Of a stretch of 27,426 nucleotides of DNA, positions 1-12,790 are shown one piece after another (the first letter of the stretch is position 1; each line of letters begins with the position of its first letter). This DNA comes from Vicugna vicugna (lineage: Eukaryota), in the NCBI GenBank assembly GCA_013265495.1, contig MU057666.1, positions 345,732-373,157 of the forward strand, given 5' to 3'. Both the position numbers and the translations under genes were made by a program. Below the pieces are notes generated by a model, which saw only the letters and a program-made list of their open reading frames with translations, did not search any database and was not told where the DNA came from.

Positions 1-334
1 TATATACAATAGTAGACTATGTATAATGATATATATAATAATCTTGCAAAGGTCTCAAATAGTGTTTTGCACATGATAAGCAGCCATGAAGTAATGATTA
101 GCTACTTTTTCAATGTATGTTTATTGAAAACCTAGTAAGTATAATATGTACAAACACATCCCTGGATGCTGTTGTCCTCTATTTGACTAAAAAATGGTCA
201 GGGGATGTTTAAAGGACTATTTCTTACCATGAAAAAGCCATTACCATATGTGTTTGATGTACTTATAATCTTTAGATTTATGCAGTCCTTTTTTGCCTTA
301 GCCTTAGGTAGGGCAGGACAAATCCATTCTTGCA

Positions 335-503
335 GTGCTGTAAGTGATGAAAATACTAAAATATTCTTTATCTGTGCTGTCCCCAATGGTGGTCATTAGC
401 TACATGTGGCTGCTGAGAACTTGGAATGTGGCTAGTGCAACTGAGATTTGAATATTTTATTTTAACTTAAAAATCTACATGTGACTAGTAGCAACTGTAC
501 TGA
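335..503. mobile_element. MER3-like hAT-Charlie non-autonomous DNA transposon
   Basis: tatctgtgctgtcc...ggtcattagctacatgtggctgctgagaacttggaatgtggctagtgcaactgag...tacatgtgactagtagc matches the recalled MER3 consensus. Confidence 0.8.
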
Positions 504-1199
504 AGTGACACTTCAGAGGGGTTCAGGAAAAGACTTTGAGTTCCCACTGCAATACTTTTGAAATATTTGACATGAACTTGATATTTCTTGTATCTGGTGA
601 CCTGGATCTAATTGAAAGAGATGTTTTCTTAGTATGAGGGAGAACTTTCTTTAGGTTAAAAAATTTAGGTGTGAACAGAAGCTCATTTTCCCAGCTCACT
701 TGGGGAATAACAACTGAACTTGTTTATATCAAAAAATCTGTGAAACCATGTAGATGAAATTGCACAGAAAGTGATTTTTTTAATGACCCAAAAGAGTAAA
801 CAGTTTTCTTTATGCTTACTGTTTGAGTAACAGCCACTTACAAAAGATAGAAATCATAAAAATAAATAAATTTATTTTATAATAAACATTCAGAAAAATC
901 TAGTGGTCATTTAAAGAAGCAGATGGGAGATTGTAGTCTGTGTAATCTGTGGCCAGCCAACTCACTTCTCTCCATCATATTCAATATTTAGAGTCTAAGA
1001 AACATCCTTTCTATCTGAAATATTTATATTTAAATGTGAATGCATACAATTAATGTGTTCATTCAAAAGTTATAAAAAGAATATATGAAGTGGAAAGTAT
1101 ATTTCTCTTCCCTGTCTGAATGATAGCCATCTAGCACTACTGCTTAGAGATTGTGTTTCTATCAATTTTCTTGTTTTGTAAAATTTCAGAGGTACTTAA

Positions 1200-1640
1200 T
1201 TTACTCCTTCAACATGTTTACTGAATGTCTATTATATGCTGGGCATTGTTTTAAGTACTGCTTTACAAAAGTGGAAATAAAAAGCAATTAAAAATTTCTT
1301 TCAAAATTACATTCTAATGGAAGGAAATAGGCAATAAACTAAATAATAAAAACATGTGATGTATTAAGTAGTGATAAATGCTATCAGTTTTTAAAAAGAT
1401 TTTAAAAGAGGTGAAGGTGTTAGAGGAGGAAAGGGAGTAAGGATTGCCTCAGCTGGGGAAGGAGTTTACATTTTAAATAAAATGAGCAGAGAAGGAACTT
1501 CAGAGCTGTATTTTCATCAAAGACATGAAGGAAATGAGGCAGCAAGATATGTTTAGGCAGAGAACTGCATGTGCAAAAATCTTAAGGTAGGAGCTTGTCC
1601 AGTACCTTCCAGAAAAGCATCTTTAAAATCTGGCTGCAGC
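1200..1640 (-). mobile_element. L2 LINE 3' fragment
   Basis: Starts with the L2 tail motif ttcaacatgtttactgaatgtctattatatgctgggcattgttttaag and continues with aaagacatgaaggaaatgag...ggcagagaactgcatgtgcaaaa. Confidence 0.75.
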
Positions 1641-2097
1641 AAGGATCACAAGACAGAGCCTTTTTATGCCAAGTAATTAATATACCATCTAATGATAGTT
1701 ATACTATTCTTGGTTTTTTTTTTTCCCATCAAATGTTTTATATCTTTAGGTTTTGAATAGGGCCTGCATCTCTCTGGTTCCTGTTATCTCTATTACCTAC
1801 ACATTAACTTCAGATAACATAATTACAATTAGGGTCTGATTATTTCTTATGGAATATATTATATAATACTTACAAAAACAGCTAAGCCAATTTCTGTTCC
1901 AGTGTTCTGTTCAAAGTCCAAGTTCAGTTTGTAATGTAAGATTCTGTCCTATATAAGACAGATTGTTTTGCACTGAATACAGTTTAATAAAAACTTACCA
2001 AAGAAGAAATTTTAATTCACTTGATTATAATAACATTATTGCCATTATTTTTATAGAAAAATAAAAGACTTAATGGAAGAGGACATTTCACTAATTT

Positions 2098-2402
2098 AGT
2101 TTATTAACGAGGACATCAAAGTCTAGAGTGAGGTAAAATGATTTGCCAAAGACACATAAATGATGATAGTTACAGCTAGCATTATTATGCTTATAATATG
2201 TGATAGCCATTGTGCTGAATACAGGCACTATGTAATTTTAATCTTCCGAACAATCTGATAGGCAGTCATTATTACTCTTTTACTAATGAGGAAACTGAGG
2301 GAAATAAGTTCTGTAAAGTAATGCAGCAGATAAATGGTACAGCTGGGATCCTATCGAGGTCTTTATATCGCAGAAAGAACTCACACTGATAACTGCTACA
2401 CT
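2098..2402 (-). mobile_element. Two adjacent MIR SINE fragments
   Basis: MIR core-like motifs gaggtaaaatgatttgccaaagacaca and ttttactaatgaggaaactgagg...aaatggtacagctgggat. Confidence 0.75.
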
Positions 2403-4610
2403 ACTGGAGTTACAGGGACAGGGATATCCTATTAAAAACACAAGAGGCAGAGAGGTTTCTGGGAAAGAGAGCAAGTTTTCACTGTGATCAGATATTGGAT
2501 TGAATTTTGCCTCCACATAGCTGAATATTTTGGGGTAAGCAGTGTAACTTTCAGTATGTTTCTAGGTGTGAATATCGAGGGACCAAATTACAGTCCCATA
2601 TTTGCTTATCAGGACTTTGACTTTATCCAGTATGGGTAAAAGTTAGAAGCCATAAAGCTTCCTAATTTAATTTGTGAGTACATTCTTATAGAGTAAATAA
2701 AAGAAGCTGTTCAGTTGAGATGAAAACCTTTATATGCTGAAAAAGAACATAGATTATTATATTAAAAATAAGGCTCATAATTTAAAATGAAAGTTTAGTG
2801 CAATGCCAATAGAAAACCCAAAGTACCTGCTTATTTTAAGGTTAGAAGAGAATATTGAAATTAACAAGGTGTTCATTAATTTGTCCCATATTATCTGCTT
2901 GCTTTTCACTTTTTTTTCCACATACATTTGAAATTTTACTTACATTCAATGAAGAAAGTCCATGTTATAAGCATGGATCATTATGTATCGATGTAAATGG
3001 CATTTAAAAAGTAACTATTTTGTTTGCACATGCAGAGCTATAAACTGCCCAGTTAGGTTCATAATAGTCATTCAGGATTTATACTGCAAGTAATTTGATC
3101 TTTTATTCAAATTTAAAATAAATTTACTTTTATGGGTAAAATTGCTTTGAACAGGCTACTAACCTGAAGTTGTAACTACTTTTATTGTGCTTACCAAGAA
3201 GCAAAGTTTCAGTTACCTTGATTGCTGTATTTTGCCAAACATCTTTTTTTAACCTATTATTTTGTATATGAAAATGATATGATTTACCCACTATGAGTAG
3301 AAAAGCTTCAAGTTATTTTTACATTATTAGTAATGAATTTACAATAAGCATCCAACCTCCCACACCGAGACTCCTGGCCAACCAGCTGAGGTTACAAAGT
3401 GTAATCTGTGGCTAGGGATCAGAGATTACTCTGTGTAAATTTAATTTACCCTTATGGAGATTAAAAGCTCATTAATACTTCATTCTTTCCAACTGAGATA
3501 AAAGTTTGAGGCAATTAGTATTTGAAAAAAATATTTTCTCCCATTAATTTATTTTTTCACTATGTAATCTGTGTTGGTTCCCTTTTAAGTATTGATAGAG
3601 TGTATTTTAAAATAGAAATCTATGGACTATATCTTAGGTTTTGTTGTTGTTATTGTTTTGGATTACTATTCCCTAACAACTTTTATTCCCTAACATTTAT
3701 ACAGCAACTTAAACAACAGCAATGAAAAAGTAGCATCTAGGTGTTCATTTCATCTGCTTTCCAAATGAAGCAACCAAACACTTCAAGAGGATCTAGATTT
3801 TTCCTACAAGGAAGAAGTGAGAAAACATTTTTAATTATTAAGTCAAGAAAGTTTTGCCACTTCTCAGTGATGAAGACATTGTGTACCAGCTGTTTTAGCC
3901 TGAAGGCAGTTTATTAATTACACAGATGTGTTAGAAATAGGGCTCCTGGCAGTGTTCAACATGGCTAGTGCAGCTTTTATGTACTTCACCAAGGCATTAC
4001 ATTATTCTTACCAATTATTATATGCAAGTAAAATGTAAATCTGTGGTTATATAGCTTCTTTTATATCCAAACATTATTCATAAAGAAAATATTCATGAAT
4101 GGAAAGAGGTGGTAAATATTGGTGGAAAGCAGCCAAAGGTTTTTGTTTTGGTTTAAAATTCTGACATAATTTGAAATTATGATACATTACTTAGTCTTTC
4201 CATAATAATAGCATGTTGACAAATGACACTGTGAATAGATAATCTGTATCGTTACAAACCAGAGATGAGGGAGACTTTTGTATAGAGTTAGAATCATTCT
4301 TTCATTAATATCCCTCCTTTTTAGTACATCAAATCTTTTGGCTCATTAATGCAACGCTGCAGATTTTTGAGTGATGGTGAAACATGGAGTAAATAAAATT
4401 ATAGTGGCCCTAAGAGAGTGTCTTTATAAATGCTTTAGTAATACACTTCTAACACTAGTAAAATGGGAATTGAAAAATGATTAATTTGTAATTAAGGCTT
4501 TTAGAAAGTAAAATTTTTTGACTACTTTGATATTCCTTTTCCTTCATAGTAGAGAATTGTAAAACATGTCTTAAGAAAATAACATATGAACTTTTTTTTC
4601 TCAGTGAGAA

Positions 4611-4865
4611 TTTTTTTTTCCAATTTTACTGAGGTACAATTGACAAGTCAAATTGTATTATTTAAAGTGTGCAACATGATGGTTTTATATACTTATTATA
4701 TATTGTGAAAGGAATCCATAGTTAATTAACAATACCACCACCTCACATTTTATCTTTTTAAAAACTGAGAACCTTTTAAGTTCTACTTTTCTAGCAAATT
4801 TCAGTTAAATACAGTTTTATCAGTTATAGTCCCTATGTTATGCACTAGGTCCTCAGACTTTATAT
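4611..4865 (-). mobile_element. L1 3' end, L1MA9-like
   Basis: Poly-T followed by actgaggtacaattgaca...tttaaagtgtgcaacatgatg...ttctagcaaatttcag...ttatagtccctatgttatgcactaggtcctcagactt. Confidence 0.8.
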
Positions 4866-5295
4866 TATACAGACTTTATTTAAGTTGGAAGAACTTGAGA
4901 CAGTTAAATTGGGGGCAAACTTGTGACACCATGTAGATGCTTTTCTCTTTCAGAAAAGTTGCTAAGATCTGAACTAAGTTTATTTTCATTATATGAGGAA
5001 TCAACCTTCAGAGACAACAAACTACCTTCTGCCTTGCTGTAAGTTAACAGAATTCATGTCTCTCTAAGACAACCCTTAACTCCTTCTTACTTCATCTCAT
5101 TTTTGAGATATCCAGGGAGACATATAACCCCCAGCTCTTTCTATTGTGACCCATATTTTCAATATATTAGGTTGGGAATCTCATTAATGTCAAGTGTATC
5201 CTAATTCTGGCCTAAAATAAAATTAAGTTGTTTAGCTATTGGAAAAGCTATGATTTAGCCACAGCCCTGTGGCACAATTTAGAAGAAATTTCATA

Positions 5296-5510
5296 GCTTC
5301 AATTTATTGAAGGTAGACATTGACCTAAATGCCTTATAGGCACTGCATTGTTTACTTCTTACAATAAGCTAATTTATCAGGTAAATAAATGCCAGTGTTT
5401 ACCCATTTTAGAGATGAGGAAATGGATATTTTGAAAGATTAAGTTATTTGCCTGAAGTTACACAACTAGTTATTGGCAGCGTTGAGATTAAAATATTATA
5501 AACTCTGCCT
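5296..5510 (-). mobile_element. MIR SINE
   Basis: cccatttttagagatgaggaaatgga...gattaagttatttgcctgaagttacacaactagt is the MIR core. Confidence 0.8.
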
Positions 5511-6316
5511 TATTGTAACTACTAATATCAAATTTACTGTATTTTCTTTTTACAAACTGTATTGTCCAAAATGTAATCCACATATTTTTAATGCAGAAGC
5601 TTGACTGTAGACTTATTTTAACACTGGAGCATTAAGTCACCAAAGTTTGAATATTTTAAATAAAATTATCTAGCATATGTATAGTTTTTACATGAAGGGA
5701 ACAGAAATTAACTGTGATCCACATAAACACATATAAAATTAGTTTAATCTGATTGTTTGAAATAATTTTCTGCTACCTCTTATTCTTTTCTTTTGAATAA
5801 AGTAGAATGTATACATAACAGAGAAAAAAACAATTTTTTAAACTAAGAAGTATTTTATCTTAGCTTATCTGAAAGAGTTATTTTACTTCTTCACAACTTA
5901 CTGTCTTCACTTGTATTCACTTGTCTTCAAATAAACTGATACTTGAAGTAAAAAATTTCACAATACCTACACATAGTAAGCATATGATAAATACTAATTA
6001 CTCAGTTGATTACATATTGTCAATTAGAGTAAACATTGTGTGCCAAGTGACTACCCAAGGAATTCTAGAAATCAGTTAACATTTTTATGTAGTGCACAAT
6101 GCAAAGCTTTCTTATGTGTTACTGTATCATTATACTATGGGTTATTATTGTGCTAATCACTAGGGTTGCAAAAATAAAAATGTACAAGAATCTCAAATAT
6201 AACAAGAGTTGCAACCAAGTAAATCACCTCACAAAAATATGTACGAAGTTCAGAGGGATGATCTTGAAGACAGTGAAGGATATTAGAAGAAGCCTCATAG
6301 AAGAGGTAATGCCATA

Positions 6317-6373
6317 CCAAATTCCTACTCACCCTGGAAACCAAACTGGTTTTGAGGTTGAGTAGGAATTTGG
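6317..6373. repeat. Inverted repeat forming a near-perfect hairpin
   Basis: CCAAATTCCTACTCA (6317-6331) pairs perfectly with TGAGTAGGAATTTGG (6359-6373), and the inner part pairs further (CCT/AGG, AAACCA/TGGTTT) to a 3-nt AAC loop. Confidence 0.9.
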
Positions 6374-6396
6374 CAAAGCCATATACAATTGAAAGT

Positions 6397-6421
6397 TGTG
6401 TGTGTGTGTGTGTGTGTGTGT
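6397..6421. repeat. (TG)12 microsatellite
   Basis: Read directly from the sequence. Confidence 0.97.
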
Positions 6422-6467
6422 AAAATTACTGTGTGTATGTGTAAAGTTATGTTGGGGGCTGGAACAT

Positions 6468-6953
6468 TGTGGTAGGCAGAATAACGACCTCCCAAGATAT
6501 CCAGGTCCTGGATCCTGGAACCTGTGCATGATACCTTATAGAGCAAACAGGACTCTGCAGATGAGATTAAATTAAAAATCCTGAGATGGGAGAAGTTACC
6601 CTGGAACACCCTCATGAGCCTATCTGTGATCACAAGTGTCCTGATAAAAGGGAGGCAGGGGAAGATTTGACTACCAAAGGGGAAAAGGTGATGTGATGAA
6701 AGCAGAAACTGGAAGATGTGTTTAAAGATGGAGAAAGAGCAGAAGCCAAGGAATGCAGGCCATTGGAAGCTGAAAAAGGCAAGGTAATTGAATTTTCCTC
6801 TCAGCCTTCAAAAGGATTCATCCTTGCTGATAATTTGATGTCAGCTCATGAATCTGATGATTTCAGACTTCAGACCTCCAGAACTATAAGATAATGAATT
6901 TATACCAATAAGTTTGTGGTAATTTGTTACAGTGGCAATAGAAAATGAATACA
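6468..6953 (+). mobile_element. MLT1D-like MaLR solo LTR
   Basis: Begins TGTGGTAGGCAGAATAA and ends TTTGTGGTAATTTGTTACAGTGGCAATAGAAAATGAATACA. Flanked by a degenerate 5-bp TSD, AACAT/AGCAT. Confidence 0.9.
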
Positions 6954-7334
6954 AGCATGAACTCTTACCCTGAAAAGCCTCACCTGAATCACAAACCTGA
7001 CTTTAGCCCCAGAGGTTATCTTAGACTCACTTATCAGCGTTATAAATTTGATTGATGTTATCATTCAGATGCTCACCTCATATATTTGATCTATATGCAT
7101 TAAAGTCACTTCTCTTTGTTTGTAGTTCAATCTGCAACCTGACCTAGAGTTAAAAATATGCATTTCAATGTTTCAGGAAACACCACATGGCCCAGGGTTC
7201 TTTCTTTGGAAAATTACTGAATTCATACATAATAATGTAACTGTTTATTTCTAAGATCCTTAATGAGTCACATGCTTAGATTTGAATTTCAAGAATATAA
7301 TTTTAGCATCAAACCAGAAGAATAAAATAGTGAA

Positions 7335-7950
7335 TAAGAAGCAGTAAGAGGACCAGTGAGAAAGAGACTAGATTACATATAGAAAAGGTTTGTCCTATAT
7401 GGGAGCAATAAAGACATACTCCAAAGATATTTTGGATCCAAAATCAAGTCTGTGATTGGATTATTGGGGGTTTTGGAGCCAAACGTAACTCTGAGATTTA
7501 TAACTTGGTCAACTGAGTCATGAGGTAACTGAGCTAGAAAATACATGTGTAGGAACAGGTATACAGATTTAAAGCTAAATGTAGCTTTCTATTGGACATC
7601 TAGATGGAGACTGATATTTAAAAATGTAAATGGAATGCAGTAGAGAAACCAGTGTGCCTGTATGGAGTTTGAAGTTAAGTGAAGCCACCTGGAGGTCTTT
7701 GGGACTAGCATGCTCCCAAAGAGCATGGAATAGGAAAGAGTTCCAGTTCCAGAATCCTAAGAAACATAAACATTGAAAACTCTGCATATAGAAAATCCAA
7801 TGAGAGAGACTGAGAAAAAAAAAATCAAGGGAAAGAGCATAAAGAAATGATGATGTTGAACCCAAAGGAAGAATTCTATAGAGATCTGTCGTCTCTTGCA
7901 TACCAGAAAGAGAGACAGTAGAGATAGGTGATTGCAAAGCGTGTTGACAT
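7335..7950 (-). mobile_element. Degraded L2 LINE internal fragment
   Basis: Purine-rich with L2-like motifs (tgtgattggatt, ttggacatctagatggaga, tggagtttgaag). Boundaries are approximate. Confidence 0.5.
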
Positions 7951-8845
7951 TCTGGATGAGATTATAGTTCATAAATATGTATATGTTTTTCTACCAATAT
8001 TTGAGTTAATGGGGTTAAAAAATCAAATGTAATGGGAATATGTACATCAAAAAGGGTATGAACTTGCAGGAATTTATAAAATGCTTCATATGCTTTCCCT
8101 TTTGTACTTTAGGGTATTTATTCTAAATTTTATTTTATTATAGTGATATGATAGTAAGTGCATTTAAACGTGGCCCTCAATTACCATGAGGATTAAAAAT
8201 AACTACTAATTCTTTGTGATTAAAAACAAATTCTCAGCCATTTGGTTTTATAGTATTCATGCATATTGGTGGGATCTTCCCACTGTCTCTTATAAATAAA
8301 ATGCTATTATTTCTGGTTAGAGGTTAGGAATTTTCATTCTCTGGAAAATGAAATTAAAAGAGATGAAAAACATTTATACACACTAGACACAAGGATAACA
8401 GTTGATCTGTGAAATGTGAAGTTTCTGTTGCAGTCATGAAGAAAAAGACCTTTAGAAAGGAAAATGTTATCTACCTTTGTGTGCCCTTTTAACTTGGTCA
8501 TGGTGCCACTGTGGTTATTATTCATGAGTAGTAAGGTCATTGATCTCCACTTGAATAAAAATAAGGAGAAAGACTTGTTTGTATGAAATAAGAAGGCATT
8601 CTAAAATTCATATTTTCCTACTTCATATTTCATAGATATGGAGTTTCTTTCATTTGATCAAAAGGCTAACAAAAATGACTTTTCTGTAAGTTTTATTCAC
8701 ATACATAGTTTAACTTTAGTAGACCCTGCTTTTGAACTAGTATTTCTTACTAACCATAAATCACTGCAAATTGAGCTGTTATAAAATATTAAATCAATTT
8801 AATTAATCTCCTCTAAGGATGTAAAAATAAGATATTTCTTTCCCC

Positions 8846-8993
8846 TTTTTTTTGGTGCACTGTCAGTTTACAGTGTTGCATCAACCTCTGGTGCACAGCA
8901 TAATGTTTCAGTCATACATACACACTCATGTATTTCCTTTCATATTCTTTTTCATTATAGGTTACTACAAGATATTGAATAAAGTTCCTTGTG
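8846..8993 (-). mobile_element. Short lineage-specific L1 3' UTR fragment (same family as 15225-15456)
   Basis: Poly-T then cagtttacagtgttg...ctggtgcacagcataatgtttcagtcatacata...ttcattataggttactacaagatattgaataaagttcc, the reverse complement of the element at 15225-15456. Confidence 0.88.
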
Positions 8994-9529
8994 TCCTTTT
9001 CACATTTTTAACATATTTATCACAACAAACCTTACATTTCCATGTATGGAGGACTTAGATCTTGTTTCCAGTGTTGGATCATGGCATTCTAAAGAGCCAG
9101 ACACTTCTCAACACAGTTTCCCCTCCTCACCAATGATTTGGGCAGCAGCAGTTCAGGGTTCAGTTCGGGATATGTGGTGATTCAGAGATTTCACTGTTTT
9201 TTCCATCAAGGCCCCCTTGATGCACAAGCACTGGCTATATGACTTCAGTGTCTCCTTTCTTAAGATATTTAAACATACTTTACTGAATTAGAGAATATTG
9301 ATAGGTCCCAATAAAGTGGGTGGTGAGTGAAGAGCATCTCTCTTTGGCTTCCAAGAAAGTTTTATAAAGATGTTTGGTTTCCTTCTCTGGTTAGATGATA
9401 CACTCTGAATGGTGATGGTTCTGTCCCCCGCCTATGATGGGGATGGTTGGCTGCTAGTTTGTTGTGATGGCTGCTCTAAGCTGGTGTTATAGATTCTCTT
9501 CACATCCAGGATTTGTCAGAACTATTCAT

Positions 9530-9692
9530 GTAAATTTGGGGAAAAATTATATTTTGTGTACATCAGTTTTGTCATTTGTAAATGGGATGGTAGTGCTTAT
9601 GCATGAGTAGTTTAGAGGTTTATGAAACAGTGAAAATAAAGTGCTTAACACACAGCCTAAGTTAACAGCAGGCATTTAGTAAGTAATAGCTA
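9530..9692 (+). mobile_element. MIR SINE
   Basis: catcagttttgtcatttgtaaatgggat...taaagtgcttaacaca...tagtaagtaatagctat. Confidence 0.7.
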
Positions 9693-10244
9693 TACAAATT
9701 AGTATATAATGATATGTGCATTATATGTTATATAAAATTATATATTACTAGTGACTTATGGAAATGTAGGCCTGACTGGTTAATCATGGAGGAAGCCTCC
9801 TTTATTCCTCACTATGATATTGTTTAACCTAAGCCCAACACCTGGCATATCTGAAGACAGAAACATAGTAAAGGCTATTATGATCGGGTCAGTTGACTAT
9901 TTTGATTCTACTTCCACAGCATATAATACAGTATTCTGATATCCCACCTTTTTTAATGCAGACCTTGGGAATGATTTCAGAAGTTAAAAAAAAAAAAGGA
10001 AAAGAAAAGGCAGGATATGCGCTAACATCTTTAGGTTCACGTATCATCGACTGAAGTCTGCAGATAATTGAGCACAGTCTACGTGCCAGAAAAGGTTGCA
10101 GGCACTAATGTCATGCTAAGTGTTTTGTGAATTAAGTCACCATCACTTGAAATTAAAATCTTTTAATGTAATAGTACAAACTGGCCTACCGTCATTAACA
10201 GTTACTAAGGAAATTTACAATCCAACCTCATGAAAGAGAGAAGA

Positions 10245-10420
10245 AAATACTATTGAACACTTATAATGAGTTATGCATTTTGATTTATAATATCTCAATG
10301 AACTTATTAAAAACTGTAATGTGATATTTTATACATTAGATGAAGTAACAGAAAATCATAGAAGTTAATGAACTTTTCCAAAATTGGACACATAAATGAA
10401 TAGTGTACCTGGAATTCTTC
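10245..10420 (-). mobile_element. Degraded MIR SINE
   Basis: tattgaacacttataatg...tagatgaagtaacaga...gaagttaatgaacttttccaaa. Confidence 0.55.
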
Positions 10421-10919
10421 CCAATATAATATTTCAAGTTTTAGACATTAAACATTAACATAACCAAACTAAAATATGAATTTGTTATTATTCATTTTAC
10501 ATTCATAAAATGCTTGTAGCCAATTCATGACTGTTAGAAAATAGAATCAAATAGTTGGATATTAGAGGTAGAAAATGTTTTGCAGGGAAAGAATATATCA
10601 TATGTCTTTTCTTTTTCTCCTTTTTTTGTAGCTTCTTTTAAGAGGAATTAGGAAAACAGGATTTTAAGATGTTTATCAGATTTCTAAATGATATCTTATG
10701 TCTCAAGATATAACAAAGCCTTAGAAGTTGTAGAATGTTATTAAATTCAAGTGCATCATAATTAGTAGTGTAACAAAATCATGCTTCTGATGTTACATAT
10801 TCTAAGAGAGTGATTAAGTTTTTCTTGGCATTATATAATCTATTTAGAGATTTATGTTATAAGACACTAATTTTTAGTTTCAGTTCTACTAACTTCAACT
10901 GGTGACTTAGGAAATAAAC

Positions 10920-11797
10920 ACATATATAGATAGATAGACAGCTAGACACACTAGCCTCCTCCTCAATTAGATAGACACATAGACAGATAGACAGAGAAAC
11001 ACTCCTTCTCCATTAGATAGGGACATACATAGATAGATAGTCACACCAGCCTCCTCCTCTATTAGATAGATAAATAGATAGATACACAGAAAGGCAGAGA
11101 AGCACACTAGCCTCCTCCTTCTCCTCCATTAGATAGATAGCTAGACAGACTAACCTCCTCCTCTTCCTATGTTAAACAGTTATAAAGACAGACACAGACA
11201 GACACACTAGCCTCCTCCTCCTCCTCAATTAGGTACATAGATAGATAGAGACAGACAGACAGACACACATACAGGCAGACACAAGAGCCTCCTCCTCCTC
11301 AATAGACACATACAAACACACACTAGCCTCCTTCTCCTCAGTTAGGTAAATAGACATACTAGCCTTCTCCTCTTCCTGTATTAGATAGATATAAAGACAG
11401 ACAGACACAGTAGCCTCTTCCTCCACCTCAGTTAGGTAGATAGACACACTAGCCTCTTCCTCTATTAGATAGCTAAACAGATGCATAGACTGAAAGACAG
11501 ACACTAGCCTTCTCTGCCTCTGTTAGATCGATAGACATACAGATAGACAGACACACTAGCCACCTCCTCCTCCATTAGGTAGATAGATATACAGACAGAC
11601 AGACAGGCAGTCAGGCAGACAGACTGACTGACACACACTTGTCTCCTCCTTCTCCGTTAGACAGTCAGACATGCTAACCTCCTTCTCCTCCTCCATTAGG
11701 TAGGCACACATACAGACAGGCAAAGACACACTAGCCTTCTGTTCTATTAGATAGACACATGTATAGGTACATAGACACACTAGCCTCCTCCTCCATT
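10920..11797. repeat. Compound minisatellite of about 17 units: ACACACTAGC(CTC)nCATTAG(ATAG/ACAG)n
   Basis: The anchor CTAGCCTCCTCC...TTAG recurs at about 10951, 11047, 11107, 11150, 11207, 11286, 11323, 11359, 11411, 11449, 11504, 11556, 11638, 11674, 11731 and 11780, plus a degenerate copy near 11001. Units are separated by GATA/GACA tetramer runs. Confidence 0.93.
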
Positions 11798-12120
11798 GCT
11801 GGGTCCTGTGATAGTTCTATTTTTAGTCTTTTAAAGAATTTCCATACTGTTTTCTATAGTGGCTGTACCAGTTTACATCCCATCAACAGTGTAATAGAGT
11901 CCCCTTTTCTCTGTATCCTTGCCAACATTTGTTATTTGTAGACATTTTGATGATGGCCATTCTGACAAGTATGACATAATATCTCATTGTGGTTTTGATT
12001 TGTATTTTTCTGATGATTAGCAAAGTTGAATGTCTTTTTAGGAGTCTGTTAGCCATCTGTTTATCGTCTTTGAAAAAATATCTATTCAGATCTTCTACCC
12101 ATTTTTAATCAGTTTTTTTA
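11795..12120 (-). mobile_element. L1 ORF2 3'-region fragment
   Basis: attgctgggtc...ccatactgttttctatagtggctgtaccagtttacatccc...ggccattctgacaag...atctcattgtggttttgatttg is the typical antisense L1 ORF2 C-terminal sequence. Confidence 0.92.
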
Positions 12121-12132
12121 TATTAATTAATA

Positions 12133-12790
12133 ATACATTCTTATAACTACCACAGAGCCCAATACACAGAAATTTGCCAGCTCTCCCAGAAGCTCCTCCA
12201 TGTGCTCTGACTCAATCATAGCCCCTTCCCTTCCTTTAAGTAAGTCTTTTCCTCTAAGTTACTGTTACAGAAATCACTTCCTTTTGTTTACGATTCCCTT
12301 ACCCAAGTATGTCTCCCTAGGTACTAGTGTTTAATCCTGACCATTTACAAAAAGAGTTCCTTGTAAGTCTGTTTTGGTCTACAGATTTATTTTTTATACC
12401 TTTCTTGAAATACACCTGTTTGATCTGTTTTTCATAGTCTGGATTTGACTGCATATACGTGCTACAATTTAGCACATTCATCCATCCTTTTTACTTCCTC
12501 AAACTGGCAGCTGGATGCAGAGGCATGATTAGGCTTGATTTGATCCTCTGTCAGATTGTGGAGTGTTATTTCATAAAGAGTCGCCTAGTGTCTCGTCTCC
12601 TTTTTATGATGTTAGCAGCTATTGATATTTGATGCCTCCATCCATTAATTTATTGGAGGTTGAAAAGTGTTATTAGTCTTTGAATTCTCTCATTTCTTTT
12701 TCGTTTACTAACAGAAACAATTTTATAAAGAGATGCTTTCCCTTATGTGCTATTTGATTCCTTAGTGCTACAGTACAGTTCACTTAGGAA
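12133..12790 (-). mobile_element. Ancient L1 3' region, L1MC4/L1MC4a-like
   Basis: Motifs tagtctggatttgactgc, tgatgttagcagctattga, ccattaatttattggaggttgaaaa and tacagttcacttaggaaa. Confidence 0.65.

Noticed and set aside
7429..7444. Perfect 16-bp palindrome ATTTTGGATCCAAAAT
   Set aside because: One palindrome of this length is plausible by chance in 27 kb of AT-rich DNA, and it lies in degraded L2.
11229..11780. Minus-strand ORFs with repeated EEEEASVS peptides
   Set aside because: They are translations of the (CCT)n/(GACA)n minisatellite, with no splice or homology support.
10920..11797. Repeat-spacer-like periodicity resembling a CRISPR array
   Set aside because: The context is mammalian, the repeats are degenerate, the spacers are GATA/GACA microsatellites and there are no cas genes.
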